From positions 1 to 36,367 of the forward strand of contig CAYRHK010000001.1 in the NCBI GenBank assembly GCA_964423825.1: a DNA stretch of 36,367 nucleotides, written 5' to 3'. The number at the start of each line of letters is the position of its first letter. Within the stretch, counting starts at the first letter, position 1. Below are positions 35,685 through 36,367 of the stretch, piece by piece. The position numbers were made by a program, and so were the translations under genes. The notes beneath the pieces are model-generated. The model searched no databases and was not told the origin of the DNA. It saw only the letters and a program-made list of their open reading frames with translations. The DNA comes from an uncultured Terricaulis sp. Its GTDB lineage: Bacteria; Pseudomonadota; Alphaproteobacteria; Caulobacterales; Aquidulcibacteraceae.

Positions 35685-36367
35685 GCAGCCAAATCCGTCT
35701 CGTTTGCCAACTCGATCACAGCCGCGGCGACTTCTTCCTGCATCGACGCCTTCAGCTCAGGATACATCGGCAGCGACAATTGCTCTGCCGCCGCGCGCTC
35801 AGAGTGCGGGAACTCGCCTTGGCGATAACCCAAGTCCTCATAAGCCGGCAGCATGTGGATGGCGATCGGATAGTGGATTCCGGTCTGGATGCCCTTGGCG
35901 TTCAAGCGCTCCTGCCAGAGCGCCCGGTTCGGCGTGCGCGTCGAATAGATGTGATAGACGTGGCGCGCATCCTCGCGCACGAACGGCGTGACCACATTCG
36001 TGCCAGCGAACAGCGCTTCATAACGCTTGGCCGCCGCGCGCCGCGCTTCCGTCCATTCTTCGAGATACTTCAGCTTCACCCGCAGGATCGCGCCCTGCAT
36101 GCCCTCAAGGCGCATGTTGTAACCCTTGAGCACGTGCTGATACTTCTTTTCCGCGCCCCAATCGCGCAGCATCCGCACCGTGCGCGCGTAATCGGCGTTG
36201 TTGGTGACGGTCATGCCGCCTTCGCCATAGGCGCCGAGATTCTTGCCCGGATAGAAGCTGAAGCCGGCGATGTCACCGATGCCCCCGACGCGTCGGCCCT
36301 TGTACTCGGCGCCGTGCGCCTGCGCGCAATCTTCAATGACGGTCAGCCCGTGTTTCTTGGCGATGGC
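35681..36367 (-). CDS. DegT/DnrJ family aminotransferase, 3' part (start lies beyond the right edge)
   Basis: The frame stays open to the window edge: [41 protein letters not shown]. Confidence 0.92.
   Translation of the reverse strand, partial: AIAKKHGLTVIEDCAQAHGAEYKGRRVGGIGDIAGFSFYPGKNLGAYGEGGMTVTNNADYARTVRMLRDWGAEKKYQHVLKGYNMRLEGMQGAILRVKLKYLEEWTEARRAAAKRYEALFAGTNVVTPFVREDARHVYHIYSTRTPNRALWQERLNAKGIQTGIHYPIAIHMLPAYEDLGYRQGEFPHSERAAAEQLSLPMYPELKASMQEEVAAAVIELANETDLAA

Noticed and set aside
8769-36367. Calling the locus a Caulobacter-type holdfast (hfs) cluster
   Set aside because: It has a full Wzc with Tyr tail and exoL/U/V-like genes. No recognisable hfsA/hfsD/hfsG arrangement, WecG-type HfsJ or hfa anchor genes are in the window.
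1-36367. tRNA/rRNA, CRISPR arrays, transposases, integrases, prophage genes
   Set aside because: None seen. Nearly all sequence is explained by the CDSs above and intergenic gaps are 250 bp or less.

Overview
High-GC alphaproteobacterial DNA; gene content and style suggest a Caulobacterales/Hyphomonadaceae-like host, which is an inference. The first 8.8 kb is housekeeping and envelope backbone: partial cysQ, Gln-dependent nadE, a small membrane protein, the ydbH-ynbE-ydbL operon, an M23 endopeptidase and a PaaI thioesterase. From 8.8 kb to the right edge lies a >27 kb Wzx/Wzy-type surface-polysaccharide locus. Its left half resembles the rhizobial succinoglycan genes (exoY, exoL, exoP/wzc, exoU, exoV, an AT3 acyltransferase, a flippase) and exports through a short Cys-less OPX plus a separate OM beta-barrel. 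Its right half encodes GT8 and GT2 paralog pairs, two DegT aminotransferases, RmlC, an epimerase, a CE4 deacetylase, a methyltransferase and an acetyltransferase-sulfotransferase fusion. The most unusual element is at 11.4-14.7 kb: an Hsp70/actin-fold ATPase lacking a substrate-binding domain, next to a head-to-head pair of intact but apparently catalytically dead paralogs of the locus's own Wzc kinase and priming phosphoglycosyl transferase. This may be an undescribed pseudoenzyme control module. No RNA genes, mobile elements or CRISPR arrays were seen. All calls come from reading motifs by eye; no searches were run.
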